This document shows positions 1 through 10,800 of a stretch of DNA of 64,000 bases, piece by piece (position 1 is the stretch's first letter; the number at the start of each line of letters is the position of its first letter). The notes under the pieces are model-generated. The model searched no databases. It was not told the DNA's origin and saw only the letters and a list, made by a program, of their open reading frames with translations. Source of the DNA: a virus; the IMG/VR virus record IMGVR_UViG_3300006752_000025, positions 4,955 through 68,954 of that record. One strand, 5' to 3'. The position numbers and the translations under genes are program-made.

Positions 1-2460
1 GACGGCGACTCTAAATTTGGATTAATATTGTCCTGTATCTTTCCTGGTAAATTTTCAAACAGCATTCCAGGGCAACCAAGTGTAACAACATACCAAGACA
101 GTGCTGTTACTCTGCCTTCCACAGAGATAAGTCCAAAAGAAGGTAAGCCCACAACTAACGACAGACCACGCCCAATCGAATTTGATTTATCAGAAGCAGT
201 AGTAAAACAAGGATTAGCATTAGACCCAATTAGAGGATTTGGTAGTTCAGGTTCTAGACGTGAGGCTCCAAGTGATGTTTATGGTATTTTAACACCAGGT
301 GCATTAAACAAGGGTGGTAAGAAAGGAAATGTAAGAGGCAGTGGTCACCAATTTATAATGGACGACCATCCAAAAAGTAAATTGATTAGGCTACGTACAG
401 GTGGCGGTGCCCAAATTTTACTTGATGACACAACCGGTTCCATATTTTTAATTAACCAAAAAGGTTCTGCAAAAATGGAATTCAAAGCCAATGGTCAAAT
501 TGATATTTTTGGTGAGAACAGTATTAATATACGTTCCATGGGCGATCTAAACTTACGTGCAGAATACAATCTTAATTTAGAAGCAGGTCAAAACGTACAT
601 GTAACAGCACTAGGCGATAACATTGGCGGGCAGAGAGCACCAGGTGGTGCTGTCATACAAGGCATAGCAGGTGATATCACAGGACCATTAGGCACAGGCG
701 GCGAAATTAAACTAGATTCTGCTAGTGACATGCATTTTAATTCAAGCAGAAACTCATACCTAACAGCAAGTACCGGCGATGTCAATATCAACAGCGGTGG
801 CTCTACATTGGTAACCACAGGTGCAAACTCCATGTCTACTGGAACAGGTAACTTTGAAGTAGTTTGTCCTGCAGGGCGAGTAACAATGCTAACAGGTATA
901 GGATTTGATGTAATTACATCCGCTATTAATATGTTTGGTGGCTTGGCGTTTAATGCTGATGCACTGGTTATGAACTTGAATAGTTTTGCAAGTACACCTA
1001 CACCACCAGTACCTCCATATGCAAGACCAGCCGCAGAAACAGCAAAAGGCAAAAAGAAATTAGCACCAGAAGATGCCGCAGAATTTGATAGAGATTCAGA
1101 TGCACCTTTAACAACTGGTGGTAAACGCACAGGTATAGTGCATGAAATAATGACCACACTAACAAGGCTACCTGGTCCTGAGCCAGACATGCATTATAAT
1201 TACGACCCAGAAAAAAATCAATTGGTGCCTAGTGATATAGCAATAGACACACAAAATGAAGCAGTAAAAGCCGCTTATGAAAAAGTGGAAAATGCCACAC
1301 AAGGTGAGGGCACTGTTGATCCTGGCACAGGCAAAGGCAGTGATGTGCAAACACCAAGTGGCACACAGGTTGCAGTTGGTGCAGTAGATTCTGCAGGCAA
1401 AACTGTAACAGACTTACAGAACAGTATCACTGGAGCCGCTGATCAAGCAATGAGTGCGGCAAATCAAATAGCAGGAGCAGGTAATGCATTGTTAAACAGT
1501 ATTCCTACCTTTGCAGGACTGGCCGCAGTATATAATGAATTCAAAGAAATGGCCAAAGACCAACTTCTACAAATCACAGGATTAAATGATATGACAGCGG
1601 CATTCAAAGCAATGTTGCCACCTGTGAGATTTGCAGTTAGTAATCCTGAATTAGAAAAAGTTATAGGCATGGCTAAAAATTTAACAGAGATAGAAGCAAG
1701 GTTGAGAGCATTTGCATTAGAAGCAGGTATACCAGTTGATCTGTTAGAAGGACAAGTACAAGAATTAATGGGAGATATAAACAGTATTAAATCTCAATTT
1801 GCAGATATAAACGGTATTATCTCTGATGTCCAAGGATTTACTGATGCATTACAGGCACAAGGTATCTCAGTAATACAAGATGCTGGAGGTTTTATATTTG
1901 AAGATGCTAACGGTTTTCAAATAGTTGATTTTTCAAATGGCTTAGGTCCTATAGGAGAAACTGTAGGTTTTATTGGAGACATGAACAAGTCCTATGAAAG
2001 TGTTAAGAGTGCAGTTAAGACACCGTTAAGCAATAACCAAAGATTAGCAGTTGCTAGTTTTGCACATCACATTGGACCTGAGAGATTCTTAAACAGTAAT
2101 GTATTAAGAGCAATCAATGAAGAAAAATTTGAAGTAGTACCTTACTTAATGAAAGGTTGGACTATGGCACCAAGCGAGCCAGGCGGTGATATGGAAACGC
2201 AAGATACTTTGGTGCAAATGAGAGCATATGAAGCAGAAGTGTTTCAAACATCAGATGAACAAGGCATTGGTTTAAGTAGAGACTATCCACGTGGTGGTGC
2301 ACCGTTAGGTGAACTTGCTGAAGATTTATATTACAAACGTCAGGATTTTCACAAGATGAAGTTCCAAGGCGATCCAAATGCGGCATTTGGTGCCCCTCAA
2401 ACAATAAACGAAATTAAAGCGGCCTTTAGGAACTTTAGTTTTGATTCGACAAAGATTTAG
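1..2460 (+). CDS. Baseplate hub/central spike protein (T4 gp5/VgrG-like) with C-terminal GH24 lysozyme-like domain; 5'-truncated
   Basis: Frame open from base 1 (DGDSKFGLILSCIFPG). gp5-like motifs GHQFIMDD...LIRLRTGGGAQILLDD followed by beta-helix-like INIRSMGDLNLRAEYNLNLEAG. C-terminal LSNNQRLAVASFAHHIG...FLNSNVLRAIN...RAYEAEVF resembles the C-lobe of GH24 lysozymes. Lies upstream of gp25/gp6-like genes. Confidence 0.8.
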   Translation, partial: DGDSKFGLILSCIFPGKFSNSIPGQPSVTTYQDSAVTLPSTEISPKEGKPTTNDRPRPIEFDLSEAVVKQGLALDPIRGFGSSGSRREAPSDVYGILTPGALNKGGKKGNVRGSGHQFIMDDHPKSKLIRLRTGGGAQILLDDTTGSIFLINQKGSAKMEFKANGQIDIFGENSINIRSMGDLNLRAEYNLNLEAGQNVHVTALGDNIGGQRAPGGAVIQGIAGDITGPLGTGGEIKLDSASDMHFNSSRNSYLTASTGDVNINSGGSTLVTTGANSMSTGTGNFEVVCPAGRVTMLTGIGFDVITSAINMFGGLAFNADALVMNLNSFASTPTPPVPPYARPAAETAKGKKKLAPEDAAEFDRDSDAPLTTGGKRTGIVHEIMTTLTRLPGPEPDMHYNYDPEKNQLVPSDIAIDTQNEAVKAAYEKVENATQGEGTVDPGTGKGSDVQTPSGTQVAVGAVDSAGKTVTDLQNSITGAADQAMSAANQIAGAGNALLNSIPTFAGLAAVYNEFKEMAKDQLLQITGLNDMTAAFKAMLPPVRFAVSNPELEKVIGMAKNLTEIEARLRAFALEAGIPVDLLEGQVQELMGDINSIKSQFADINGIISDVQGFTDALQAQGISVIQDAGGFIFEDANGFQIVDFSNGLGPIGETVGFIGDMNKSYESVKSAVKTPLSNNQRLAVASFAHHIGPERFLNSNVLRAINEEKFEVVPYLMKGWTMAPSEPGGDMETQDTLVQMRAYEAEVFQTSDEQGIGLSRDYPRGGAPLGELAEDLYYKRQDFHKMKFQGDPNAAFGAPQTINEIKAAFRNFSFDSTKI

Positions 2461-2608
2461 TAGAAGTTAATTCACCGATGCGTTTGTATGCATCGTATTT
2501 CAATTTACTTTCTTCTAAAAGGTTTCTCTTCAATAACTTTATAGTGTCCTCTAGGGCTAAAATTTGTCTACGATAGATTTCGGCGTTCGAGTCTTCGTGA
2601 TTCAACAT
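2435..2608 (-). CDS. Small hypothetical coiled-coil protein (57 aa; not in ORF track)
   Basis: Manually translated MLNHEDSNAEIYRRQILALEDTIKLLRRNLLEESKLKYDAYKRIGELTSTKSLSNQN*. Preceded by TGTAAATA 6 nt upstream of the ATG. Confidence 0.6.
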   Translation of the reverse strand: MLNHEDSNAEIYRRQILALEDTIKLLKRNLLEESKLKYDAYKRIGELTSTKSLSNQN

Positions 2609-2614
2609 AGTAAA

Positions 2615-2622
2615 TATTTACA
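2615..2622 (-). promoter_or_regulatory. Late-promoter-like motif TGTAAATA
   Basis: TAAATA core 6 nt upstream of ATG 2608 on the minus strand; similar to the other motifs in the window. Confidence 0.45.
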
Positions 2623-2632
2623 ATTAAATAAA

Positions 2633-2659
2633 AAAAGAAGGGGATTACCCCCTTCTTTT
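2633..2659. terminator. Rho-independent terminator, likely bidirectional
   Basis: AAAAGAAGGGG-ATTAC-CCCCTTCTTTT stem-loop with A/T tracts on both sides, directly downstream of minus-strand ORF 2663..2908. Confidence 0.8.
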
Positions 2660-2662
2660 AGT

Positions 2663-2908
2663 TCATGACAACACTAGTGTTTCCATCTCTGAAAATTCAG
2701 TGGGAAACTCAACATTCTCATATCTGAAGTTTCCTACCAGATTGATTGTGTTGAACGTAACATACTTTTTCGTTTTGTGGTCATAGATACCCATCTCAAC
2801 AAAGCCTTTTTTGGTTTCATAGATTTGATGGAATCTGCTCGACTCTTGTTTGTTACGTTGTTCAGCCACAGCCCAGATATCTCTGAACTTTTTTGCTAAC
2901 CGACGCAT
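2663..2908 (-). CDS. Hypothetical protein (81 aa)
   Basis: ORF track; GAGGA SD upstream, TTGACA-containing promoter upstream, terminator immediately downstream. Confidence 0.75.
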   Translation of the reverse strand: MRRLAKKFRDIWAVAEQRNKQESSRFHQIYETKKGFVEMGIYDHKTKKYVTFNTINLVGNFRYENVEFPTEFSEMETLVLS

Positions 2909-2962
2909 TCAAGCATCCTCGTTCTGTGGGTTTAGGGTTTCACACTCTTTAGTGCTTGTATG

Positions 2963-2992
2963 TATTTAAGCACATATAAAGGCGATTGTCAA
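2963..2992 (-). promoter_or_regulatory. Sigma70-like promoter (TTGACA -35) overlapping a CTTAAATA late-like box
   Basis: Minus strand reads TTGACA-atcgcctttatatgtgc(17 nt)-TTAAATA upstream of ORF 2663..2908. Confidence 0.5.
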
Positions 2993-3004
2993 GAGTTTTT
3001 GGCA

Positions 3005-3022
3005 ATTAAAACTAGTTTTAAT
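3005..3022. repeat. Perfect 18-bp palindrome ATTAAAACTAGTTTTAAT
   Basis: Self-complementary; lies between the divergent promoters, 6 nt upstream of GATAAATA. Confidence 0.85.
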
Positions 3023-3028
3023 AATTTA

Positions 3029-3036
3029 GATAAATA
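3029..3036 (+). promoter_or_regulatory. T4-type late promoter variant GATAAATA
   Basis: One mismatch to the T4 gp55 consensus TATAAATA; 5 nt before ATG 3042; motif recurs before most structural transcription units. Confidence 0.75.
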
Positions 3037-3041
3037 CTTGT

Positions 3042-3410
3042 ATGGTAAACTTTATTGGATTCAGCACTGTGGATAACTATGCACCTTATACACTAACAGG
3101 TAGCGAATTAGTTAAACGTGACTTGATGAACGAACTTTACACTCGCAGAGGCGAAAGAGTTATGAATCCAAAGTTTGGTTCTATTATATGGGATTTACTC
3201 ATGGAACCTAGCACACCCAAATTACAAAAAGAGGTAGAAGAAGATATAGAAAAAATCTTTAAGAGAGATCCTAGAGCAGAAATGAAATCTCTTAACGTGG
3301 TGGTACTCGATCATGTGATTCGTGCAGAAGTTGAATTTAAGTTTGTACCTCTTAATACCACCGATACACTCTACGTTGAGTACATAAGAAATATTTCGGA
3401 AGGATTGTAA
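3042..3410 (+). CDS. Baseplate wedge/sheath-initiator protein, GPW/gp25 family
   Basis: LVKRDLMNELYTRRGERVMNPKFGSIIWDLLMEP...DPRAE is the GPW_gp25 signature; 122 aa; between gp5-like and gp6-like genes. Confidence 0.9.
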   Translation: MVNFIGFSTVDNYAPYTLTGSELVKRDLMNELYTRRGERVMNPKFGSIIWDLLMEPSTPKLQKEVEEDIEKIFKRDPRAEMKSLNVVVLDHVIRAEVEFKFVPLNTTDTLYVEYIRNISEGL

Positions 3411-6400
3411 TGGCAATTAATAGACAAAATAATTTATTTGCGGCAGAAGATTGGAAAGTTGCATATAAAGCATATACTAAAATAAATTTTCAAGCATACG
3501 ATTTTGATACAATCAGAACTTCTCTAGTAGATTACATCAGAAAAAACTATCCTGAAAATTTTAATGATTATATTGATAGCTCAGAATTTATTGCTATCAT
3601 TGACTTGTTAGCATACCTGTCACAATCACTTGCGTTTAGAATGGATCTTAACAGCAGAGAGAACTTTTTAGAAACTGCTGAAAGTAGAGATAGTGTATTC
3701 AAACTAGCTCGTATGTTGGGTTACAATCCAAAAAGAAACATTCCTGCTAGTGGCTTAATGAAAGTCACCAGTATAAGAACCAATGAACCTATCTCAGATA
3801 GTTTAGGCACTAGTTTGTCTGGTAAGACAATTTATTGGGACGATTCCAATAACAGTCAAAGTTACGAGCAATTTATTACAATACTAAACAGTGCAATGAG
3901 CAAAACAAACAGATTCTCAGCACCTGTTAAAGAAGGTATCATTAATGATATTCCTGCAGAGCTGTATCAATTGAATACGCCAATGAATGCACCTATTACA
4001 TATAATGTTCCTATTTCTGTTAATGGTGTTAAAAGAAATTTCAACATTGTGAATCCAGATTTGAAAGACAACGATTCATTTTTTGAGAGACATCCAGATC
4101 CTATTAATCCCTTCCATATGATTTATAGAAATGACAGCAAAGGATTAAGCAGTAAAGATACTGGTTTCTTTGTTATGCTTAAACAAGGCGAATTGCAATC
4201 ACAGGATTTTAATTTCACAACGCCAGTAGAAAATAGACAAGAAACTATTAGCAAAACTGACATCAACGAGGACGATGTTTACCTCCAAGAAATCAATGCT
4301 AACGGTACAGTTAAAAACAAGTGGACTAGCATTCCAAACACTATTGGACAAACATTAAACTACACTAGTTCATCTTTGGATACACGTAATTTGTATGCAA
4401 TTGAAAACAAAGGTAATCAAGGAATCACTTTGAGATTCAGTGATGGAAACTTTGCAAACATACCAAACGGTATTTTTAGACTTTGGCACAGAGTTAGTTC
4501 TCCTACTAGATTTGTAATCAAGCCAAATGATGCAAAAAATAAATCAGTTACAGTACCTTACAAAAACGAAGATGGCAAAGATTTTGGATTAACAATAACA
4601 TTCGATCTCATGGAGCCAATTAGAAATAGTTCTCCAAGTGAAAGTTTAAGTGCTATCAAAGAAAGAGCACCACAAGTATTCTATACACAAAATAGAATGG
4701 TAAGTGCTCAAGACTATAATGTTTTCCCACAGAGTCAAAGCACTAACATCACTAAGATGAAAGCAATTAATAGAACTCACAGTGGACATAGCAGATATAT
4801 AGACATCAACGATCCCACAGGAACATATAAGAGCGTTGAAACATTTGCCAACGATGCATTTTTGTACATAGATGATGCAAGTGAAAGTGAGCAGGTATTT
4901 GTAAATGATACTTCTACTCCTGTAGAAATAACTGCAAGTATCTTAACTAACAAATTAAAAACTTTATCGTTGAACAACTTTGTGTACTATTCGATGAGAA
5001 ATCTTTACACTGATCCTACAGCAAATGGTAGTGTAAACACATTTAAGTATACAGTTGCAGATAACGTGTTGTGGAATACACAACCATCTAAAACAAAAGG
5101 CACCTCAGGATATTTAACTGAGCAATTTACTACAGGTACAACAGGTGTGCTCATAAACAATCCTGCTATAGGTACAGATATCTATAATACATATGGTAAT
5201 AAATTATTACCGCTAAAAGAAAATTGCTTTTTGAAATTTGTTAATCCTAGCAACACATCAGAATTTATTTGGGCAAGAGCAACCAAGATTAATAACAATG
5301 GCGCACTGTCAAGTGCATTGTCAACAGGAGTTGGTCCTTGGACATTAAGTGATGACGTACCGACAGGATATAGACTAGTTGAAGTTATACCATCGTTGAG
5401 AAAACAATTCTCAACCACTGAAGCATCTTTAATTGTAAGCAAAATTAAAGCAGAAGAAAGTTTTGCATTAGGATACGATTTATTAAAAGACAGTTGGTAT
5501 CTTATTGATTCATCTAACATTACTTCAGCAACAAAAACAAATACGTTTTCTATAGATACAGACTATAGAGGAAATGACAGTTGGTTATTGTTTATGGAAT
5601 ATTCCGCAATGGACAACAAAAATTACAAGTATAACTTGATCACCAGAGGGTTTGATTACGTTATACAAAGCAAAGGCGATCTTAAATTCTACAATACTAA
5701 AAGTATTAAAGTGTTAGACTCTAATAATAGAAGTAAACGTGACAGTGTAATTTTCACTACAGTAAATACCAGACCAGGAGAAACAGAATCGTTTGCATGG
5801 ACTGGGTCAGCATGGAACAATGAAACCATTGGTGTTTCTACTGTACCACGTGGTAGAGTTGTTGACATACCGTTGAGAACCAGAGACACAACTTGGGAAG
5901 ATGTAGAAGTGTCTTGGGTAAGTAACTTTGGTATACTTAGAACTGACGTAGGTGCAACTGCACAAAGTTATAGAGACAGAAATCTATTTGTAAATGATGC
6001 AGTAGTAGCACTGAATACATATAGCAGTTCAGGTGGTGTTTCATCTGAAACAAATGTTGTTGTACAACCTAACACAGGCAAAATCAGTTCAATGCCTAGT
6101 TACATAGATATTAATTTTAATGCAACTACATTTGGTTCTGATATAGTTGACGACAGTGGTGCTGTAGCATTTGTTATGTACAAACAGTTACAAGTGAACG
6201 GGTCGCTGTCAACTGAACAATTTATACAAGCAAATTTAGGAGACACATCTCCACAGGCAACAGACAAAAATGGTATTGCTATACCAGACAATTTTGGTAG
6301 AATACTATTTACAAAATGGGACTCAGTTACCAGAACAGGAACACTAAGATATACTGATTTACAAAATTCAGACTATCTATATTTGTCAGACACTAGTGGC

Positions 6401-7891
6401 AATATTAGTACTGATAAATTAAATGTCTACTATGAAAATAACAGAGATAAGTTAAGCAGACCAATTGTGTGGGACGTTGTAGACGTGTTCAAAGAAGCAG
6501 ACGGTTATATAGATGCTCGTAAAATTAAAGTTGCACCAGTAGACACTGACGGCGACTTAGTACCAGATTATCCATTGCAGTTTGCAGAATTTGCAGACAA
6601 AACAGATTTAGTTTTCTTTGAATACTACACTGACTTTGATGGCTATAGATATAATAGACCATTCGAAGGAAAAATTGCTGATCTAAGAAATGAAACAGTG
6701 CTTGATATTTCAAACACAAGAAACATTTTATCGCCAGGTAGTTTCAATAGACAATATATATTAAATGAATTAGATTGGATTGTTGTTAAAACAAAAGCAT
6801 TAGCAGAGCAATTTGAAAACAAATCTAATGCATCTGGGTTAGTTATATATGTTACAGAAGAAGATAAAACATATCAACTTACACCAATTGGTACTTCTAT
6901 TACAGAAACAAAATTAATAGAAGCCGCAGATTATTTTACTAGATTAGGCAGAGGACAAACTCAAAATACATTATCCAGCATAAAAGAAAATGCAATTATT
7001 AAATGGAATCATGTTGCACCAAACGATGTGAGAATTGATCCTAGCATAAGCAATGTAATTGAAATGGTAATGTTGACCACAACTTATTACGAAGAAGTTC
7101 TCAAATGGCAAAACAGACAAGACTCTGAATTTCCATTAGAGCCTACAAGCAATCAATTGAACATTGAGTTTGAAAAGTTAAATGATTATAAAAATGCTAC
7201 AGACAGTCTTGTATTTAGAAGTGCTAAGTTTAAGTTGTTGTTTGGTAACAAAGCAAACAATAAACTGAAAGCAAAATTCAGAGTTATTAAATTGTCTGAT
7301 CAATTTAGTGACAATGAATTAAAGACTAGAATTATTAGTGTTATAAATCAATACTTCAATGTTAAAAATTGGGACTTCGGAGAAACATTTTACTTTACAG
7401 AACTAAGCACATATATTCACCAGCAGTTGGGAAGTGCAATTGGTAGTATTGTAATTTTGCCAAAGAACAGCACAGGTAAGTTTGGAGAAATGTTCCAAGT
7501 CAAGTCAGAGCCTAATGAATTATTCTTAAGTACTGCTACAGTAAATGATATCGAAATCATCAGCAGATTAGACAGTAAAACGTTAAGTAATACGGACTTA
7601 GAAGAAGAGATTGCTATAGGCAGTAGGTATGCAAATGCAACCAAAGAAGCAGGCCCTTACGCCATTGAAGGATATTATCCATTGTACTCATCAAAAGAGA
7701 TTGCAGAACTAGCAGGTAATGGTACAACGCATACCCACAATTTCTTTGGACAGACATTCTATATGCCTAACGGTGTAACATACTATCATGGAAATTACCA
7801 AATAACAGATTCTGCTACCACCACCACAGATACTTCTACTGGAACTGGGTCAAGTGGTTCAAGTAATTCAAGTGGAGGCAGTGGTTACTAA
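3410..7891 (+). CDS. Baseplate wedge subunit (T4 gp6-like), 1493 aa
   Basis: DFDTIRTSLVDYIR..YPENFNDY..SSEFIAIIDLLAY, ENFLETAESRDSVFKLARMLGYNP, LRFSDGNFANIP, ESLSAIKERAP..FYTQNRMVSAQDY; TAATG coupling to the gp25-like gene. Confidence 0.85.
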   Translation: MAINRQNNLFAAEDWKVAYKAYTKINFQAYDFDTIRTSLVDYIRKNYPENFNDYIDSSEFIAIIDLLAYLSQSLAFRMDLNSRENFLETAESRDSVFKLARMLGYNPKRNIPASGLMKVTSIRTNEPISDSLGTSLSGKTIYWDDSNNSQSYEQFITILNSAMSKTNRFSAPVKEGIINDIPAELYQLNTPMNAPITYNVPISVNGVKRNFNIVNPDLKDNDSFFERHPDPINPFHMIYRNDSKGLSSKDTGFFVMLKQGELQSQDFNFTTPVENRQETISKTDINEDDVYLQEINANGTVKNKWTSIPNTIGQTLNYTSSSLDTRNLYAIENKGNQGITLRFSDGNFANIPNGIFRLWHRVSSPTRFVIKPNDAKNKSVTVPYKNEDGKDFGLTITFDLMEPIRNSSPSESLSAIKERAPQVFYTQNRMVSAQDYNVFPQSQSTNITKMKAINRTHSGHSRYIDINDPTGTYKSVETFANDAFLYIDDASESEQVFVNDTSTPVEITASILTNKLKTLSLNNFVYYSMRNLYTDPTANGSVNTFKYTVADNVLWNTQPSKTKGTSGYLTEQFTTGTTGVLINNPAIGTDIYNTYGNKLLPLKENCFLKFVNPSNTSEFIWARATKINNNGALSSALSTGVGPWTLSDDVPTGYRLVEVIPSLRKQFSTTEASLIVSKIKAEESFALGYDLLKDSWYLIDSSNITSATKTNTFSIDTDYRGNDSWLLFMEYSAMDNKNYKYNLITRGFDYVIQSKGDLKFYNTKSIKVLDSNNRSKRDSVIFTTVNTRPGETESFAWTGSAWNNETIGVSTVPRGRVVDIPLRTRDTTWEDVEVSWVSNFGILRTDVGATAQSYRDRNLFVNDAVVALNTYSSSGGVSSETNVVVQPNTGKISSMPSYIDINFNATTFGSDIVDDSGAVAFVMYKQLQVNGSLSTEQFIQANLGDTSPQATDKNGIAIPDNFGRILFTKWDSVTRTGTLRYTDLQNSDYLYLSDTSGNISTDKLNVYYENNRDKLSRPIVWDVVDVFKEADGYIDARKIKVAPVDTDGDLVPDYPLQFAEFADKTDLVFFEYYTDFDGYRYNRPFEGKIADLRNETVLDISNTRNILSPGSFNRQYILNELDWIVVKTKALAEQFENKSNASGLVIYVTEEDKTYQLTPIGTSITETKLIEAADYFTRLGRGQTQNTLSSIKENAIIKWNHVAPNDVRIDPSISNVIEMVMLTTTYYEEVLKWQNRQDSEFPLEPTSNQLNIEFEKLNDYKNATDSLVFRSAKFKLLFGNKANNKLKAKFRVIKLSDQFSDNELKTRIISVINQYFNVKNWDFGETFYFTELSTYIHQQLGSAIGSIVILPKNSTGKFGEMFQVKSEPNELFLSTATVNDIEIISRLDSKTLSNTDLEEEIAIGSRYANATKEAGPYAIEGYYPLYSSKEIAELAGNGTTHTHNFFGQTFYMPNGVTYYHGNYQITDSATTTTDTSTGTGSSGSSNSSGGSGY

Positions 7892-10800
7892 TGTCTGATA
7901 AGATTTATAAGAAGTTACCAGTAGTTCATCAAACTAATGCTATCAAAAATTTCTTTGATAACACAGTTGAGCAATTATTCAGTAAGGCTAACGTAGAATT
8001 AGTCAAAGGCTTTATAGGTAACCAACGTGGTGTTGACCACGATGTTGAAGGTGCATACATTGTACAACCTACAGCATCAAAACGTTTCTATAGTTTGTCT
8101 CCAACAATCAATACTAAAACTGTTGATACTAATAAACCTGAAAATTTAATTTTTTATGACGAGTTTATTGATCTACTTAAAAGTTATGGTGTACAAACTA
8201 AAAATCACAACAAGTTATTTTCTGATAGATATAGCACATATTTGCCACCAATAAATGCTGACAAATTTATTAACTATCAAGAATACTATTGGGTACCAGA
8301 AGGACCTTCAGTTATTACAGTAAGTGGTACAGCATCTAATTACATTGACATTAATTTAGATATACTGGGCAAAAAATCATATGCATTGCCAGATGGTATG
8401 CCTATGAGAAACGGCATGATAGTAACATTTGCAGGAGACTATGTAATTCCTGCAAGCCAAACATCTAAAAACTTTATTGTTTCTGGTGTAGGAGATTCAA
8501 TTACACTAACTGAGTTCACTGCTAACAATCCAGTATCATACAGACTAGATACTTCAGTTGCATGGGAAAAAGATTATATCCTGCAAGAAAGAGGCGCAAA
8601 AAATAAAAATGCATGGAGCAGAGTAAATCACTGGTATCATATTGAAAACTTCAGAGACGCAGGTGATGTTATACCTGAAAAAACAAAACGTGCAAACAGA
8701 CCTATAATAGAATTTGATAAAGAATTAGAATTATATGAACACGGTAATTCTTTGCTATACAGTGTAGAGATATCAGCCGCTGATTTTTCATACAGTGATA
8801 TAAATGGAATAGATGCAGGACAGTTTATAGATAATGTTGGCATAGAAGGCGCATATATTATCTTCCCTAATGAAAGTTTAGAAGTGTCTAAATACATTTA
8901 TTATGCATCAGTTAACTCAGGTGCAATAAGATTATCACGTGTAGCAAGTCCTAATAGCCCAACAGGCGTACCAGATGGTAAAGATAATTTTATTCCACTA
9001 GAGCCAACTAACGGTGACGTGGTTTTAGTAAAGTCTGGTTCAAAATACCTAGGTTCTGAATATTACTGGACCGGAAGAGGATGGGAACAGACACAGCATA
9101 AATCAAGAGTCAATCAAGAACCACTGTTTAATTTATATGATAACAAAGGACAGTATATTGGCGACAACGATGTATACCCTCAAAACAGTTTTACTGGTAA
9201 TAAGATTTTTGGGTATGCAGTTGATTTATCATCACAAGAATCAAATCTTAGTGTAAGCACAGTCAATGACAAAGAACTAGGTTTCCCTCTTGTATACAAG
9301 CAGTTCAAATCAAGTTCAGAAATTTTATTTCAAAATTTTCAAAAAACAAGTAATTACAATTACATTCCTTTTGGTGGAACATCAAGTAAATCTATAAACG
9401 GTTATAAATTTTATAAACTTGATAAGCAGGTAGTAGAGTATCATGCATACTGGAAACATGTACAACAACCACATGTGCAAAAAATTATTGCAACATACAA
9501 TTTAGCACAGCCTGTTGTTGATAGACAAATTAAAGATTTTTATATTGGAGCCGTACCTAAAACAAATCCTAAATTTAATAGTGGATACGAAATTGAAATC
9601 ACGCTCAACGGCAATCCATTAACTGGGTTTCAATATTTTCCTAGTAACAAAGGTTTCATAAGACTTGACAATGTAACATACAAAGCAAATGATATTTTAG
9701 AGATCAGTGTAAACAGCGATGAAGGATTAATAGACGACCAGAACATACCAAAATATGATTTACCATTGAGTTGGAAAAATAATGTTCTAAAACAAGATAT
9801 TATCAGTATTAGTGAACCAGAGTACATGGAGCACTTTAGTGATTACATCAGTAATCAAAAAGAATTTGATGGATTAAAATTTGGCTCTAATAACTCGGAC
9901 AGTATTGTTAAAGAAGATATGTTTGCAAATAGGATTACTAATGCAGACCAAAATACTATTCTTGGTGCATTCCTACTAGATGATCAGCCACATAATCTTA
10001 TTGATGCAATGAGATTTAATAGGTCCGAGTATACTAAATTTAAGAACAGAATCAAGAATGAAATAAACAAGTATTATGATACCAAAGATACAGATGGTAT
10101 TTCAACAGGCGATCTCTTAGAACAAATTATTAGAATTGCACAAACATATAAAGTTGGTAGAGATGTTTTCAATAGAACATATATTTTACCATATGGTGAT
10201 AATTACCGAGAAGAAGAATTCGTAGTAGGTATACCAACTTCAACAGCAGATAGAACATTTACAAGTTTATACGATGCTGATTTAGACAAACTTGAAAATA
10301 GTTTATTAGTGTACCACAATCAAAAATTACTAACAGTTGAACATGATTATGTGATAAGTTCATTTAGTCCTATCACAATTACCATACTTGATAATGTACC
10401 TTTAAGTTCAGCAGACATCATTTTATTCAAGTTGTATGACGCAGAAAGAGACAGTGCCCAATGTCCTCCAACACCTAGCACAATGGGTTTATATCCATTG
10501 TTCCAGCCAGAGATAACAACAGACAATAGTTTCTCTACACCGCTTGATATTATTATTGGACATGACGGAAGTAAAACTCCTACCAAGGGAGATCTGCGTG
10601 ACGACTTATTATTAGAATTTGAAAAGAGGATTTATAACAGTGCAAAGGCAGAATTTAGAACAAATAACAGTATGCCAGAGCACAGTGTATTCAGTTCACA
10701 GAATGGTGCATTTAGAAAAGAAACTTTAGAATATAAAGAGTTTAATGACCTAATGGTCAGTTCATATGCTACCTGGTTACTTAGAAATAATCTCAACGGC

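Noticed and set aside
588-1190. 200-aa minus-strand ORF, and the many other 60-200 aa antisense ORFs in the track (e.g. 31756..32190, 42268..42867, 43954..44325)
   Set aside because: They lie within long plus-strand genes, lack recognisable motifs, and are expected antisense shadows of biased codon usage.
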